A stretch of 64,000 bases of DNA from Azolla caroliniana (Eukaryota > Plantae > Polypodiophyta), in NCBI GenBank assembly GCA_043228905.1, contig JBHGNT010000013.1:7750001-7814000 (forward strand), in the 5' to 3' direction. Both the position numbers and the translations under genes were made by a program. The notes beneath the pieces are model-generated. The model made no database searches and was not told where the DNA came from. It saw only the letters and a list, made by a program, of their open reading frames with translations. The stretch's first letter is position 1, and each line of letters starts with the position of its first letter. Below, piece after piece: positions 63,677 through 64,000 of the stretch.

Positions 63677-64000
63677 AGATGGAACCTCAAGTTGAGCTTG
63701 AGGGGGAGTGTTGAGATACAAGCTCAACATTGATTGGATCGGCTGTGCAAGCCGAGAACCGGATCAGTTGGGATCGATCGGTTAGGCCGGACCGGTGCGT
63801 AAACCAGTACGCAACGAGAAGCCGTAGCGGTGCGTAAGCCGCAAGGCCGTTGGAAAGATATTCCGCGTAGGAATATATTTTCAGAGTTAGTGTAGAGCTC
63901 ACTTATGAACATTGAAGAACTTATCAATACTTCTGTCAGTCCGTATGGACTTGTATAAAAGTGCTCACTAAGCACATCCTATGTACAGATTAAGTATTAT

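Larger units (their letters stand above)
59466..64000 (+). mobile_element. 5'-truncated Bryco-like copia (integrase, RT, RNase H, charged tail); the 3' LTR from 63709 runs off the window
   Basis: Close homology to about 49520-53604 in translation; PPT GAGGGGGAG then TGTTGAG at 63709. Confidence 0.88.

Overview
Eukaryotic, almost certainly land-plant nuclear DNA. The LTR lineages suggest a non-seed plant such as a bryophyte or lycophyte, but that is inference. The window is essentially all nested transposable elements, and I found no host gene. Most of it is Ty1/copia and Ty3/gypsy retrotransposons, solo LTRs and two hAT-like MITEs, many delimited by TSDs; one copia (6293-11732) is intact and very young. 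The standout is a complete cut-and-paste DNA transposon at 1747-16527 (31-bp TIRs, 4-bp TGTG TSD, about 9.3 kb without its nested copia). It carries three things: (i) a Sola-like DDD transposase with a BAH/Tudor-like tail; (ii) a divergently transcribed, intron-containing gene for a ParB-like domain fused to a prokaryote-type beta-class N4C/N6A DNA methyltransferase; (iii) an array of about 23 copies of the 23-bp palindrome AACTCGATACG-N-CGTATCGAGTT at 32/40-bp spacing, probably inside intron 1 of that gene. My hypothesis is a transposon-encoded, parS/ParB-like self-marking (anti-silencing) methylation system. This copy is pseudogenised, mostly by stop codons consistent with C>T decay. All coordinates and translations were read by hand and family assignments come from motif recognition; no searches were run.
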